Assembly: GCA_002189035.1 (NCBI GenBank)
Contig: NEEC01000178.1
Coordinates: 1-34,976 of the forward strand
DNA from: Utricularia gibba
Taxonomy: Eukaryota; Plantae; Magnoliophyta
Length of the DNA stretch: 34,976 bases
Direction: 5' to 3'
The translations under genes were made by a program, and so were the position numbers. Shown here piece after piece: positions 22,298-34,976 of the stretch. The notes under the pieces were generated by a model. The model made no database searches. It saw only the letters and a program-made list of their open reading frames with translations, and was not told the origin of the DNA. Position 1 is the first letter of the stretch; each line of letters opens with the position of its first letter.

Positions 22298-24388
22298 GTG
22301 AGCTCGGGGACTGTCGATTCCCGTCAGCAGCCTGTCAAGATAGCATTGATATGCTGGCTATCGAGGGTGGCACTATCCGACGGAGCTTGGAATGAATATC
22401 GTCACGTAGATTCACCTGAAGGCTTGCGTGTGAACCCGGCACCTGGTTCATACCCATGGGAAATTATACAAGGACAGCTTTTATAGCTTTTTGTGCACAA
22501 GCGGTACCCCCGCTTCATGCTTATTGCAAACTACTGTTCGCCACCCTGTATCCTTGTGAAACTGCGCAAACACGCTACACCCATCGACGCACATAATGGT
22601 GGAGCAACACAAGTCACACGTACTGCTGCTCCAATTCCAAATTTCGTGAGCCTATTTGAACGGTCTTCCTTGATGCCCAATTCTTTTCCAAACAACTTCT
22701 TTTCTCCTCGAATGCGATTGCGGCGCGGTAACTACGCCATTGGACGTGCTCTCCCTTGCCATCATTGCGAATCCATGTGCTGAGTTTCAAGAGCCATGCG
22801 CTCCTGAAAACGAGCTACCGTAGAAAGCTCGTTTTTTCGAGGTACGGAGACACTCCGCAGGGGGATCCAATAGCTGCAAAGGAGGTCGTCACACGGTGCT
22901 TGTAGAGAGTTCCTTGGCAACGACGTCGGTGACCCGATGTTGGTGTTTTTTCGTATGCATATCTCCATTCGCGGCATGTGGAGCAAGTTCCATCCGCCCT
23001 CCATTCTCAAAGGAGGTGTTCTAGACACCGCGCCCTTTTGGAGGGTTTCTCGACTTGTTCGTCTTTTTTTCTTACTCCCATGGCTAATTGACTGCATTCC
23101 AACCCTTGGACTCGCAGAAACCTCATGCGGATGAACGCTCCTTCGAACCACCGGACATGTAGGCGCACCTTGCATTCTACAGCTTGAATGGTTCTACACA
23201 GCTACACGATTGTGAAAACGACGTTCACAACGCCGCGATCCAGGATCGATGACTTTGGGCGCAACCCTGGTCGCGTATGCGTACCACCGTTTGTTGCTCC
23301 AAGGATCCCTTTGCGTGTGCCCCTCATGTTGGAATGCTGGTACGGCCTTCGAGAACCGATTTCTGTAGTTTTTTGCAGCCTCTCTGCTACGAACTTTTGG
23401 ATTCAATTTTGGGATCGCAAATAGTGATAACATTGGAATGCGAATTCGCCTCATACTTCCCTTTCATCATGTCCCAACTCACGTTCCCTGAGTTCCTGCT
23501 GGTGAGCTCGTTCGGATTGTTATGCAATGCCTTTTAGAGAGCATGGTTTCCGCAAAGCGTGACCTTCTGTTGGCGAGTGTTGGCTTCCTTTGCTGCATGT
23601 TAACGGATCGTCGCCTTCGAGCCCACTCTGGGAAAACAAGTTGAGACGAAGAATGGCCATGACGCGGATGTCCTAAGAAAATAGGAGCTTTGTCGCACTT
23701 GGGCGGGTGCTCCAGGAAAGATATGCAGGGTTTCGATGGTATTCCAGCCATCTCGTGAAGCTCGAAATGAAGGGGAGCGAATGATCGATGCTGTTAGAAA
23801 CATGCATGGAGCCTCCTGCTGTGGAGTGAAGACGCATGATGTTGCGTGTGCTTGCATTACCTGCGTGGTTCGAGGTGCATGTAGGAGGCGCGTCATCGGG
23901 ACCACCATCCACTCCACCTACAAGGAGAACCGAGCATACGTCAGAGGAGGTGGTGGTTACGTTTTGCATGTAGAGTATGCCACTTCCAACGCCATGCTCA
24001 TTGATGGTGCTCCAGGTAGACCGAGGTCGGGCTGGTTGCTGCGTCGTTAGGTTGCCTCGTGATGTGTGTTCTGTTTCAAATCTCCATAATCTGCTGCGTG
24101 CTCCCACATCTTTCCATGAAGTGAAGGAGGACACAAACGTATCTCCTCTCGTGAGGAAATACAAGCGGAACAACCCGAGTGCACCACAATGAAGTGAACC
24201 TCGAAGAAGGACATTCCGGTCTGAAGACAAACCGCAAGAAGCACACAAATACACGATTTTAAGGTCATAGAGAAGGGAGTGGCAACACTCACATCTATCC
24301 ACGCCCCTTTTCTGCGACGGATGGGGACTTCTCGTGTTCTGCATACAAACATAAGCTACTCAACTTCTTTAAATCCATGTAGCAAAAA
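22298..24388 (+). repeat. Unit 11 (2,091 bp)
   Basis: Anchor to anchor; C5 run. Confidence 0.98.
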
Positions 24389-26480
24389 GTGAGCTCGGGG
24401 ACTGTCGATTCCCGTCAGCAGCCTGTCAAGATAGCATTGATATGCTGGCTATCGAGGGTGGCACTATCCGACGGAGCTTGGAATGAATATCGTCACGTAG
24501 ATTCACCTGAAGGCTTGCGTGTGAACCCGGCACCTGGTTCATACCCATGGGAAATTATACAAGGACAGCTTTTATAGCTTTTTGTGCACAAGCGGTACCC
24601 CCCGCTTCATGCTTATTGCAAACTACTGTTCGCCACCCTGTATCCTTGTGAAACTGCGCAAACACGCTACACCCATCGACGCACATAATGGTGGAGCAAC
24701 ACAAGTCACACGTACTGCTGCTCCAATTCCAAATTTCGTGAGCCTATTTGAACGGTCTTCCTTGATGCCCAATTCTTTTCCAAACAACTTCTTTTCTCCT
24801 CGAATGCGATTGCGGCGCGGTAACTACGCCATTGGACGTGCTCTCCCTTGCCATCATTGCGAATCCATGTGCTGAGTTTCAAGAGCCATGCGCTCCTGAA
24901 AACGAGCTACCGTAGAAAGCTCGTTTTTTCGAGGTACGGAGACACTCCGCAGGGGGATCCAATAGCTGCAAAGGAGGTCGTCACACGGTGCTTGTAGAGA
25001 GTTCCTTGGCAACGACGTCGGTGACCCGATGTTGGTGTTTTTTCGTATGCATATCTCCATTCGCGGCATGTGGAGCAAGTTCCATCCGCCCTCCATTCTC
25101 AAAGGAGGTGTTCTAGACACCGCGCCCTTTTGGAGGGTTTCTCGACTTGTTCGTCTTTTTTTCTTACTCCCATGGCTAATTGACTGCATTCCAACCCTTG
25201 GACTCGCAGAAACCTCATGCGGATGAACGCTCCTTCGAACCACCGGACATGTAGGCGCACCTTGCATTCTACAGCTTGAATGGTTCTACACAGCTACACG
25301 ATTGTGAAAACGACGTTCACAACGCCGCGATCCAGGATCGATGACTTTGGGCGCAACCCTGGTCGCGTATGCGTACCACCGTTTGTTGCTCCAAGGATCC
25401 CTTTGCGTGTGCCCCTCATGTTGGAATGCTGGTACGGCCTTCGAGAACCGATTTCTGTAGTTTTTTGCAGCCTCTCTGCTACGAACTTTTGGATTCAATT
25501 TTGGGATCGCAAATAGTGATAACATTGGAATGCGAATTCGCCTCATACTTCCCTTTCATCATGTCCCAACTCACGTTCCCTGAGTTCCTGCTGGTGAGCT
25601 CGTTCGGATTGTTATGCAATGCCTTTTAGAGAGCATGGTTTCCGCAAAGCGTGACCTTCTGTTGGCGAGTGTTGGCTTCCTTTGCTGCATGTTAACGGAT
25701 CGTCGCCTTCGAGCCCACTCTGGGAAAACAAGTTGAGACGAAGAATGGCCATGACGCGGATGTCCTAAGAAAATAGGAGCTTTGTCGCACTTGGGCGGGT
25801 GCTCCAGGAAAGATATGCAGGGTTTCGATGGTATTCCAGCCATCTCGTGAAGCTCGAAATGAAGGGGAGCGAATGATCGATGCTGTTAGAAACATGCATG
25901 GAGCCTCCTGCTGTGGAGTGAAGACGCATGATGTTGCGTGTGCTTGCATTACCTGCGTGGTTCGAGGTGCATGTAGGAGGCGCGTCATCGGGACCACCAT
26001 CCACTCCACCTACAAGGAGAACCGAGCATACGTCAGAGGAGGTGGTGGTTACGTTTTGCATGTAGAGTATGCCACTTCCAACGCCATGCTCATTGATGGT
26101 GCTCCAGGTAGACCGAGGTCGGGCTGGTTGCTGCGTCGTTAGGTTGCCTCGTGATGTGTGTTCTGTTTCAAATCTCCATAATCTGCTGCGTGCTCCCACA
26201 TCTTTCCATGAAGTGAAGGAGGACACAAACGTATCTCCTCTCGTGAGGAAATACAAGCGGAACAACCCGAGTGCACCACAATGAAGTGAACCTCGAAGAA
26301 GGACATTCCGGTCTGAAGACAAACCGCAAGAAGCACACAAATACACGATTTTAAGGTCATAGAGAAGGGAGTGGCAACACTCACATCTATCCACGCCCCT
26401 TTTCTGCGACGGATGGGGACTTCTCGTGTTCTGCATACAAACATAAGCTACTCAACTTCTTTAAATCCATGTAGCAAAAA
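24389..26480 (+). repeat. Unit 12 (2,092 bp)
   Basis: Anchor to anchor; consensus-type. Confidence 0.98.
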
Positions 26481-28571
26481 GTGAGCTCGGGGACTGTCGA
26501 TTCCCGTCAGCAGCCTGTCAAGATAGCATTGATATGCTGGCTATCGAGGGTGGCACTATCCGACGGAGCTTGGAATGAATATCGTCACGTAGATTCACCT
26601 GAAGGCTTGCGTGTGAACCCGGCACCTGGTTCATACCCATGGGAAATTATACAAGGACAGCTTTTATAGCTTTTTGTGCACAAGCGGTACCCCCGCTTCA
26701 TGCTTATTGCAAACTACTGTTCGCCACCCTGTATCCTTGTGAAACTGCGCAAACACGCTACACCCATCGACGCACATAATGGTGGAGCAACACAAGTCAC
26801 ACGTACTGCTGCTCCAATTCCAAATTTCGTGAGCCTATTTGAACGGTCTTCCTTGATGCCCAATTCTTTTCCAAACAACTTCTTTTCTCCTCGAATGCGA
26901 TTGCGGCGCGGTAACTACGCCATTGGACGTGCTCTCCCTTGCCATCATTGCGAATCCATGTGCTGAGTTTCAAGAGCCATGCGCTCCTGAAAACGAGCTA
27001 CCGTAGAAAGCTCGTTTTTTCGAGGTACGGAGACACTCCGCAGGGGGATCCAATAGCTGCAAAGGAGGTCGTCACACGGTGCTTGTAGAGAGTTCCTTGG
27101 CAACGACGTCGGTGACCCGATGTTGGTGTTTTTTCGTATGCATATCTCCATTCGCGGCATGTGGAGCAAGTTCCATCCGCCCTCCATTCTCAAAGGAGGT
27201 GTTCTAGACACCGCGCCCTTTTGGAGGGTTTCTCGACTTGTTCGTCTTTTTTTCTTACTCCCATGGCTAATTGACTGCATTCCAACCCTTGGACTCGCAG
27301 AAACCTCATGCGGATGAACGCTCCTTCGAACCACCGGACATGTAGGCGCACCTTGCATTCTACAGCTTGAATGGTTCTACACAGCTACACGATTGTGAAA
27401 ACGACGTTCACAACGCCGCGATCCAGGATCGATGACTTTGGGCGCAACCCTGGTCGCGTATGCGTACCACCGTTTGTTGCTCCAAGGATCCCTTTGCGTG
27501 TGCCCCTCATGTTGGAATGCTGGTACGGCCTTCGAGAACCGATTTCTGTAGTTTTTTGCAGCCTCTCTGCTACGAACTTTTGGATTCAATTTTGGGATCG
27601 CAAATAGTGATAACATTGGAATGCGAATTCGCCTCATACTTCCCTTTCATCATGTCCCAACTCACGTTCCCTGAGTTCCTGCTGGTGAGCTCGTTCGGAT
27701 TGTTATGCAATGCCTTTTAGAGAGCATGGTTTCCGCAAAGCGTGACCTTCTGTTGGCGAGTGTTGGCTTCCTTTGCTGCATGTTAACGGATCGTCGCCTT
27801 CGAGCCCACTCTGGGAAAACAAGTTGAGACGAAGAATGGCCATGACGCGGATGTCCTAAGAAAATAGGAGCTTTGTCGCACTTGGGCGGGTGCTCCAGGA
27901 AAGATATGCAGGGTTTCGATGGTATTCCAGCCATCTCGTGAAGCTCGAAATGAAGGGGAGCGAATGATCGATGCTGTTAGAAACATGCATGGAGCCTCCT
28001 GCTGTGGAGTGAAGACGCATGATGTTGCGTGTGCTTGCATTACCTGCGTGGTTCGAGGTGCATGTAGGAGGCGCGTCATCGGGACCACCATCCACTCCAC
28101 CTACAAGGAGAACCGAGCATACGTCAGAGGAGGTGGTGGTTACGTTTTGCATGTAGAGTATGCCACTTCCAACGCCATGCTCATTGATGGTGCTCCAGGT
28201 AGACCGAGGTCGGGCTGGTTGCTGCGTCGTTAGGTTGCCTCGTGATGTGTGTTCTGTTTCAAATCTCCATAATCTGCTGCGTGCTCCCACATCTTTCCAT
28301 GAAGTGAAGGAGGACACAAACGTATCTCCTCTCGTGAGGAAATACAAGCGGAACAACCCGAGTGCACCACAATGAAGTGAACCTCGAAGAAGGACATTCC
28401 GGTCTGAAGACAAACCGCAAGAAGCACACAAATACACGATTTTAAGGTCATAGAGAAGGGAGTGGCAACACTCACATCTATCCACGCCCCTTTTCTGCGA
28501 CGGATGGGGACTTCTCGTGTTCTGCATACAAACATAAGCTACTCAACTTCTTTAAATCCATGTAGCAAAAA
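26481..28571 (+). repeat. Unit 13 (2,091 bp)
   Basis: Anchor to anchor; C5 run. Confidence 0.98.
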
Positions 28572-30661
28572 GTGAGCTCGGGGACTGTCGATTCCCGTCA
28601 GCAGCCTGTCAAGATAGCATTGATATGCTGGCTATCGAGGGTGGCACTATCCGACGGAGCTTGGAATGAATATCGTCACGTAGATTCACCTGAAGGCTTG
28701 CGTGTGAACCCGGCACCTGGTTCATACCCATGGGAAATTATACAAGGACAGCTTTTATAGCTTTTTGTGCACAAGCGGTACCCCCCGCTTCATGCTTATT
28801 GCAAACTACTGTTCGCCACCCTGTATCCTTGTGAAACTGCGCAAACACGCTACACCCATCGACGCACATAATGGTGGAGCAACACAAGTCACACGTACTG
28901 CTGCTCCAATTCCAAATTTCGTGAGCCTATTTGAACGGTCTTCCTTGATGCCCAATTCTTTTCCAAACAACTTCTTTTCTCCTCGAATGCGATTGCGGCG
29001 CGGTAACTACGCCATTGGACGTGCTCTCCCTTGCCATCATTGCGAATCCATGTGCTGAGTTTCAAGAGCCATGCGCTCCTGAAAACGAGCTACCGTAGAA
29101 AGCTCGTTTTTTCGAGGTACGGAGACACTCCGCAGGGGGATCCAATAGCTGCAAAGGAGGTCGTCACACGGTGCTTGTAGAGAGTTCCTTGGCAACGACG
29201 TCGGTGACCCGATGTTGGTGTTTTTTCGTATGCATATCTCCATTCGCGGCATGTGGAGCAAGTTCCATCCGCCCTCCATTCTCAAAGGAGGTGTTCTAGA
29301 CACCGCGCCCTTTTGGAGGGTTTCTCGACTTGTTCGTCTTTTTTTCTTACTCCCATGGCTAATTGACTGCATTCCAACCCTTGGACTCGCAGAAACCTCA
29401 TGCGGATGAACGCTCCTTCGAACCACCGGACATGTAGGCGCACCTTGCATTCTACAGCTTGAATGGTTCTACACAGCTACACGATTGTGAAAACGACGTT
29501 CACAACGCCGCGATCCAGGATCGATGACTTTGGGCGCAACCCTGGTCGCGTATGCGTACCACCGTTTGTTGCTCCAAGGATCCCTTTGCGTGTGCCCCTC
29601 ATGTTGGAATGCTGGTACGGCCTTCGAGAACCGATTTCTGTAGTTTTTTGCAGCCTCTCTGCTACGAACTTTTGGATTCAATTTTGGGATCGCAAATAGT
29701 GATAACATTGGAATGCGAATTCGCCTCATACTTCCCTTTCATCATGTCCCAACTCACGTTCCCTGAGTTCCTGCTGGTGAGCTCGTTCGGATTGTTATGC
29801 AATGCCTTTTAGAGAGCATGGTTTCCGCAAAGCGTGACCTTCTGTTGGCGAGTGTTGGCTTCCTTTGCTGCATGTTAACGGATCGTCGCCTTCGAGCCCA
29901 CTCTGGGAAAACAAGTTGAGACGAAGAATGGCCATGACGCGGATGTCCTAAGAAAATAGGAGCTTTGTCGCACTTGGGCGGGTGCTCCAGGAAAGATATG
30001 CAGGGTTTCGATGGTATTCCAGCCATCTCGTGAAGCTCGAAATGAAGGGGAGCGAATGATCGATGCTGTTAGAAACATGCATGGAGCCTCCTGCTGTGGA
30101 GTGAAGACGCATGATGTTGCGTGTGCTTGCATTACCTGCGTGGTTCGAGGTGCATGTAGGAGGCGCGTCATCGGGACCACCATCCACTCCACCTACAAGG
30201 AGAACCGAGCATACGTCAGAGGAGGTGGTGGTTACGTTTTGCATGTAGAGTATGCCACTTCCAACGCCATGCTCATTGATGGTGCTCCAGGTAGACCGAG
30301 GTCGGGCTGGTTGCTGCGTCGTTAGGTTGCCTCGTGATGTGTGTTCTGTTTCAAATCTCCATAATCTGCTGCGTGCTCCACATCTTTCCATGAAGTGAAG
30401 GAGGACACAAACGTATCTCCTCTCGTGAGGAAATACAAGCGGAACAACCCGAGTGCACCACAATGAAGTGAACCTCGAAGAAGGACATTCCGGTCTGAAG
30501 ACAAACCGCAAGAAGCACACAAATACACGATTTTAAGGTCATAGAGAAGGGAGTGGCAACACTCACATCTATCCACGCCCTTTTCTGCGACGGATGGGGA
30601 CTTCTCGTGTTCTGCATACAAACATAAGCTACTCAACTTCTTTAAATCCATGTAGCAAAAA
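28572..30661 (+). repeat. Unit 14 (2,090 bp)
   Basis: Anchor to anchor; two single-C deletions in C runs, near 30378 and 30579. Confidence 0.98.
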
Positions 30662-32751
30662 GTGAGCTCGGGGACTGTCGATTCCCGTCAGCAGCCTGTC
30701 AAGATAGCATTGATATGCTGGCTATCGAGGGTGGCACTATCCGACGGAGCTTGGAATGAATATCGTCACGTAGATTCACCTGAAGGCTTGCGTGTGAACC
30801 CGGCACCTGGTTCATACCCATGGGAAATTATACAAGGACAGCTTTTATAGCTTTTTGTGCACAAGCGGTACCCCCGCTTCATGCTTATTGCAAACTACTG
30901 TTCGCCACCCTGTATCCTTGTGAAACTGCGCAAACACGCTACACCCATCGACGCACATAATGGTGGAGCAACACAAGTCACACGTACTGCTGCTCCAATT
31001 CCAAATTTCGTGAGCCTATTTGAACGGTCTTCCTTGATGCCCAATTCTTTTCCAAACAACTTCTTTTCTCCTCGAATGCGATTGCGGCGCGGTAACTACG
31101 CCATTGGACGTGCTCTCCCTTGCCATCATTGCGAATCCATGTGCTGAGTTTCAAGAGCCATGCGCTCCTGAAAACGAGCTACCGTAGAAAGCTCGTTTTT
31201 TCGAGGTACGGAGACACTCCGCAGGGGGATCCAATAGCTGCAAAGGAGGTCGTCACACGGTGCTTGTAGAGAGTTCCTTGGCAACGACGTCGGTGACCCG
31301 ATGTTGGTGTTTTTTCGTATGCATATCTCCATTCGCGGCATGTGGAGCAAGTTCCATCCGCCCTCCATTCTCAAAGGAGGTGTTCTAGACACCGCGCCCT
31401 TTTGGAGGGTTTCTCGACTTGTTCGTCTTTTTTTCTTACTCCCATGGCTAATTGACTGCATTCCAACCCTTGGACTCGCAGAAACCTCATGCGGATGAAC
31501 GCTCCTTCGAACCACCGGACATGTAGGCGCACCTTGCATTCTACAGCTTGAATGGTTCTACACAGCTACACGATTGTGAAAACGACGTTCACAACGCCGC
31601 GATCCAGGATCGATGACTTTGGGCGCAACCCTGGTCGCGTATGCGTACCACCGTTTGTTGCTCCAAGGATCCCTTTGCGTGTGCCCCTCATGTTGGAATG
31701 CTGGTACGGCCTTCGAGAACCGATTTCTGTAGTTTTTTGCAGCCTCTCTGCTACGAACTTTTGGATTCAATTTTGGGATCGCAAATAGTGATAACATTGG
31801 AATGCGAATTCGCCTCATACTTCCCTTTCATCATGTCCCAACTCACGTTCCCTGAGTTCCTGCTGGTGAGCTCGTTCGGATTGTTATGCAATGCCTTTTA
31901 GAGAGCATGGTTTCCGCAAAGCGTGACCTTCTGTTGGCGAGTGTTGGCTTCCTTTGCTGCATGTTAACGGATCGTCGCCTTCGAGCCCACTCTGGGAAAA
32001 CAAGTTGAGACGAAGAATGGCCATGACGCGGATGTCCTAAGAAAATAGGAGCTTTGTCGCACTTGGGCGGGTGCTCCAGGAAAGATATGCAGGGTTTCGA
32101 TGGTATTCCAGCCATCTCGTGAAGCTCGAAATGAAGGGGAGCGAATGATCGATGCTGTTAGAAACATGCATGGAGCCTCCTGCTGTGGAGTGAAGACGCA
32201 TGATGTTGCGTGTGCTTGCATTACCTGCGTGGTTCGAGGTGCATGTAGGAGGCGCGTCATCGGGACCACCATCCACTCCACCTACAAGGAGAACCGAGCA
32301 TACGTCAGAGGAGGTGGTGGTTACGTTTTGCATGTAGAGTATGCCACTTCCAACGCCATGCTCATTGATGGTGCTCCAGGTAGACCGAGGTCGGGCTGGT
32401 TGCTGCGTCGTTAGGTTGCCTCGTGATGTGTTTCTGTTTCAAATCTCCATAATCTGCTGCGTGCTCCCACATCTTTCCATGAAGTGAAGGAGGACACAAA
32501 CGTATCTCCTCTCGTGAGGAAATACAAGCGGAACAACCCGAGTGCACCACAATGAAGTGAACCTCGAAGAAGGACATTCCGGTCTGAAGACAAACCGCAA
32601 GAAGCACACAAATACACGATTTTAAGGTCATAGAGAAGGGAGTGGCAACACTCACATCTATCCACGCCCCTTTTCTGCGACGGATGGGGACTTCTCGTGT
32701 TCTGCATACAAACATAAGCTACTCAACTTCTTTAAATCCATGTAGCAAAAA
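30662..32751 (+). repeat. Unit 15 (2,090 bp)
   Basis: Anchor to anchor; C5 run and one G missing near 32432. Confidence 0.98.
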
Positions 32752-34825
32752 GTGAGCTCGGGGACTGTCGATTCCCGTCAGCAGCCTGTCAAGATAGCAT
32801 TGATATGCTGGCTATCGAGGGTGGCACTATCCGACGGAGCTTGGAATGAATATCGTCACGTAGATTCACCTGAAGGCTTGCGTGTGAACCTGGTTCATAC
32901 CCATGGGAAATTATACAAGGACAGCTTTTATAGCTTTTTGTGCACAAGCGGTACCCCCCTTCATGCTTATTGCAAACTACTGTTCGCCACCCTGTATCCT
33001 TGTGAAACTGCGCAAACACGCTACACCCATCGACGCACATAATGGTGGAGCAACACAAGTCACACGTACTGCTGCTCCAATTCCAAATTTCGTGAGCCTA
33101 TTTGAACGGTCTTCCTTGATGCCCAATTCTTTTCCAAACAACTTCTTTTCTCCTCGAATGCGATTGCGGCGCGGTAACTACGCCATTGGACGTGCTCTCC
33201 CTTGCCATCATTGCGAATCCATGTGCTGAGTTTCAAAGAGCCATGCGCTCCTGAAAACGAGCTACCGTAGAAAGCTCGTTTTTTCGAGGTACGGAGACAC
33301 TCCGCAGGGGGATCCAATAGCTGCAAAGGAGGTCACACGGTGCTTGTAGAGAGTTCCTTGGCAACGACGTCGGTGACCCGATGTTGGTGTTTTTTCGTAT
33401 GCATATCTCCATTCGCGGCATGTGGAGCAAGTTCCATCCGCCTCCATTCTCAAAGGAGGTGTTCTAGACACCGCGCCCTTTTGGAGGGTTTCTCGACTTG
33501 TTCGTCTTTTTTTCTTACTCCCATGGCTAATTGACTGCATTCCAACCCTTGGACTCGCAGAAACCTCATGCGGAACGCTCCTTCGAACCACCGGACATGT
33601 AGGCGCACCTTGCATTCTACAGCTTGAATGGTTCTACACAGCTACACGATTGTGAAAACGACGTTCACAACGCCGCGATCCAGGATCGATGACTTTGGGC
33701 GCAACCCTGGTCGCGTATGCGTACCACCGTTTGTTGCTCCAAGGATCCCTTTGCGTGTGCCCCTCATGTTGGAATGCTGGTACGGCCTTCGAGAACCGAT
33801 TTCTGTAGTTTTTTGCAGCCTCTCTGCTACGAACTTTTGGATTCAATTTTGGGATCGCAAATAGTGATAACATTGGAATGCGAATTCGCCTCATACTTCC
33901 CTTTCATCATGTCCCAACTCACGTTCCCTGAGTTCCTGCTGTGAGCTCGTTCGGATTGTTATGCAATGCCTTTTAGAGAGCATGGTTTCCGCAAAGCGTG
34001 ACCTTCTGTTGGCGAGTGTTGGCTTCCTTTGCTGCATGTTAACGGATCGTCGCCTTCGAGCCCACTCTGGGAAAACAAGTTGAGACGAAGAATGGCCATG
34101 ACGCGGATGTCCTAAGAAAATAGGAGCTTTGTCGCACTTGGGCGGGTGCTCCAGGAAAGATATGCAGGGTTTCGATGGTATTCCAGCCATCTCGTGAAGC
34201 TCGAAATGAAGGGGAGCGAATGATCGATGCTGTTAGAAACATGCATGGAGCCTCCTGCTGTGGAGTGAAGACGCATGATGTTGCGTGTGCTTGCATTACC
34301 TGCGTGGTTCGAGGTGCATGTAGGAGGCGCGTCATCGGGACCACCATCCACTCCACCTACAAGGAGAACCGAGCATACGTCAGAGGAGGTGGTGGTTACG
34401 TTTTGCATGTAGAGTATGCCACTTCCAACGCCATGCTCATTGATGGTGCTCCAGGTAGACCGAGTCGGGCTGGTTGCTGCGTCGTTAGGTTGCCTCGTGA
34501 TGTGTGTTCTGTTTCAAATCTCCATAATCTGCTGCGTGCTCCCACATCTTTCCATGAAGTGAAGGAGGACACAAACGTATCTCCTCTCGTGAGGAAATAC
34601 AAGCGGAACAACCCGAGTGCACCACAATGAAGTGAACCTCGAAGAAGGACATTCCGGTCTGAAGACAAACCGCAAGAAGCACACAAATACACGATTTTAA
34701 GGTCATAGAGAAGGGAGTGGCAACACTCACATCTATCCACGCCCCTTTTCTGCGACGGATGGGGACTTCTCGTGTTCTGCATACAAACATAAGCTACTCA
34801 ACTTCTTTAAATCCATGTAGCAAAA
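32752..34825 (+). repeat. Unit 16 (2,074 bp; many small deletions)
   Basis: Anchor to anchor; 7-nt loss (GTGAACC[CGGCACC]TGG), two 3-nt losses, several 1-nt losses and one A insertion. Confidence 0.97.
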
Positions 34826-34976
34826 GTGAGCTCGGGGACTGTCGATTCCCGTCAGCAGCCTGTCAAGATAGCATTGATATGCTGGCTATCGAGGGTGGCA
34901 CTATCCGACGGAGCTTGGAATGAATATCGTCACGTAGATTCACCTGAAGGCTTGCGTGTGAACCGGCACCTGGTTC
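34826..34976 (+). repeat. Unit 17 (partial, first 151 nt)
   Basis: The anchor starts at 34826 and the window ends inside the unit. Confidence 0.97.

Larger units (their letters stand above)
1..34976. repeat. Tandem array (macrosatellite-like) of a 2,092-bp unit, ~17 head-to-tail copies, running off both window edges
   Basis: The anchor GTGAGCTCGGGGACTGTCGATTCCC recurs at 2004, 4093, 6178, 7657, 9749, 11840, 13932, 16024, 18115, 20207, 22298, 24389, 26481, 28572, 30662, 32752 and 34826. The same ORF set recurs with this period. All copies are in the same orientation, with no spacer between them. Confidence 0.99.

Noticed and set aside
1-34976. CRISPR array or variable-spacer/guide array
   Set aside because: There are no short repeats with variable spacers; the units are essentially identical over their whole length.
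1-34976. rDNA/5S, U1/U2/U4/U6 snRNA, histone or spliced-leader array
   Set aside because: Only short fragmentary resemblances were found: AGCTTTGTCGCA to the U4 5' end, AGGTCGGGCTGGTT to 5S, and CCGTAG...GAG|GTAC to the dinoflagellate spliced leader. None extends or keeps the expected order of conserved elements.
1-34976. CRESS-DNA virus, plasmid or LTR/Helitron element as the repeat unit
   Set aside because: No Rep/HUH, integrase or reverse-transcriptase ORF, no nonanucleotide origin, and no definable element termini or target-site duplications.

Overview
The whole 34,976-nt window is one head-to-tail tandem array of a 2,092-bp unit of roughly 50% GC (estimated by eye). It holds 16 units between successive GTGAGCTCGGGGACTGTCG anchors, plus a near-complete unit at the left edge and 151 nt at the right edge, about 17 copies in all. 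There is no unique flanking DNA. Every ORF in the supplied track is a copy of the same ~12 short ORFs (longest consensus ORF 223 aa). I recognise none of them as a known protein, and I found no rRNA, tRNA, snRNA, spliced-leader, CRISPR or intact transposase/Rep sequence. Low coding density, abundant CpG and many spliceosomal-looking signals suggest a non-vertebrate eukaryotic macrosatellite or cryptic spliced-gene array, but this is inference only. Structure inside the array: one unit has a 613-bp deletion with CGG microhomology (junction 7485-7487); four substitutions are confined to and shuffled among units 1-4; small deletions pile up at both window ends, probably long-read consensus error. 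The most speculative lead is a CxxC-x12-CxxCG-x3-DRN segment in the 223-aa minus-strand ORF that has the spacing of the TnpB/Fanzor zinc-ribbon/RuvC-III end. It is weak and needs an HMM test.
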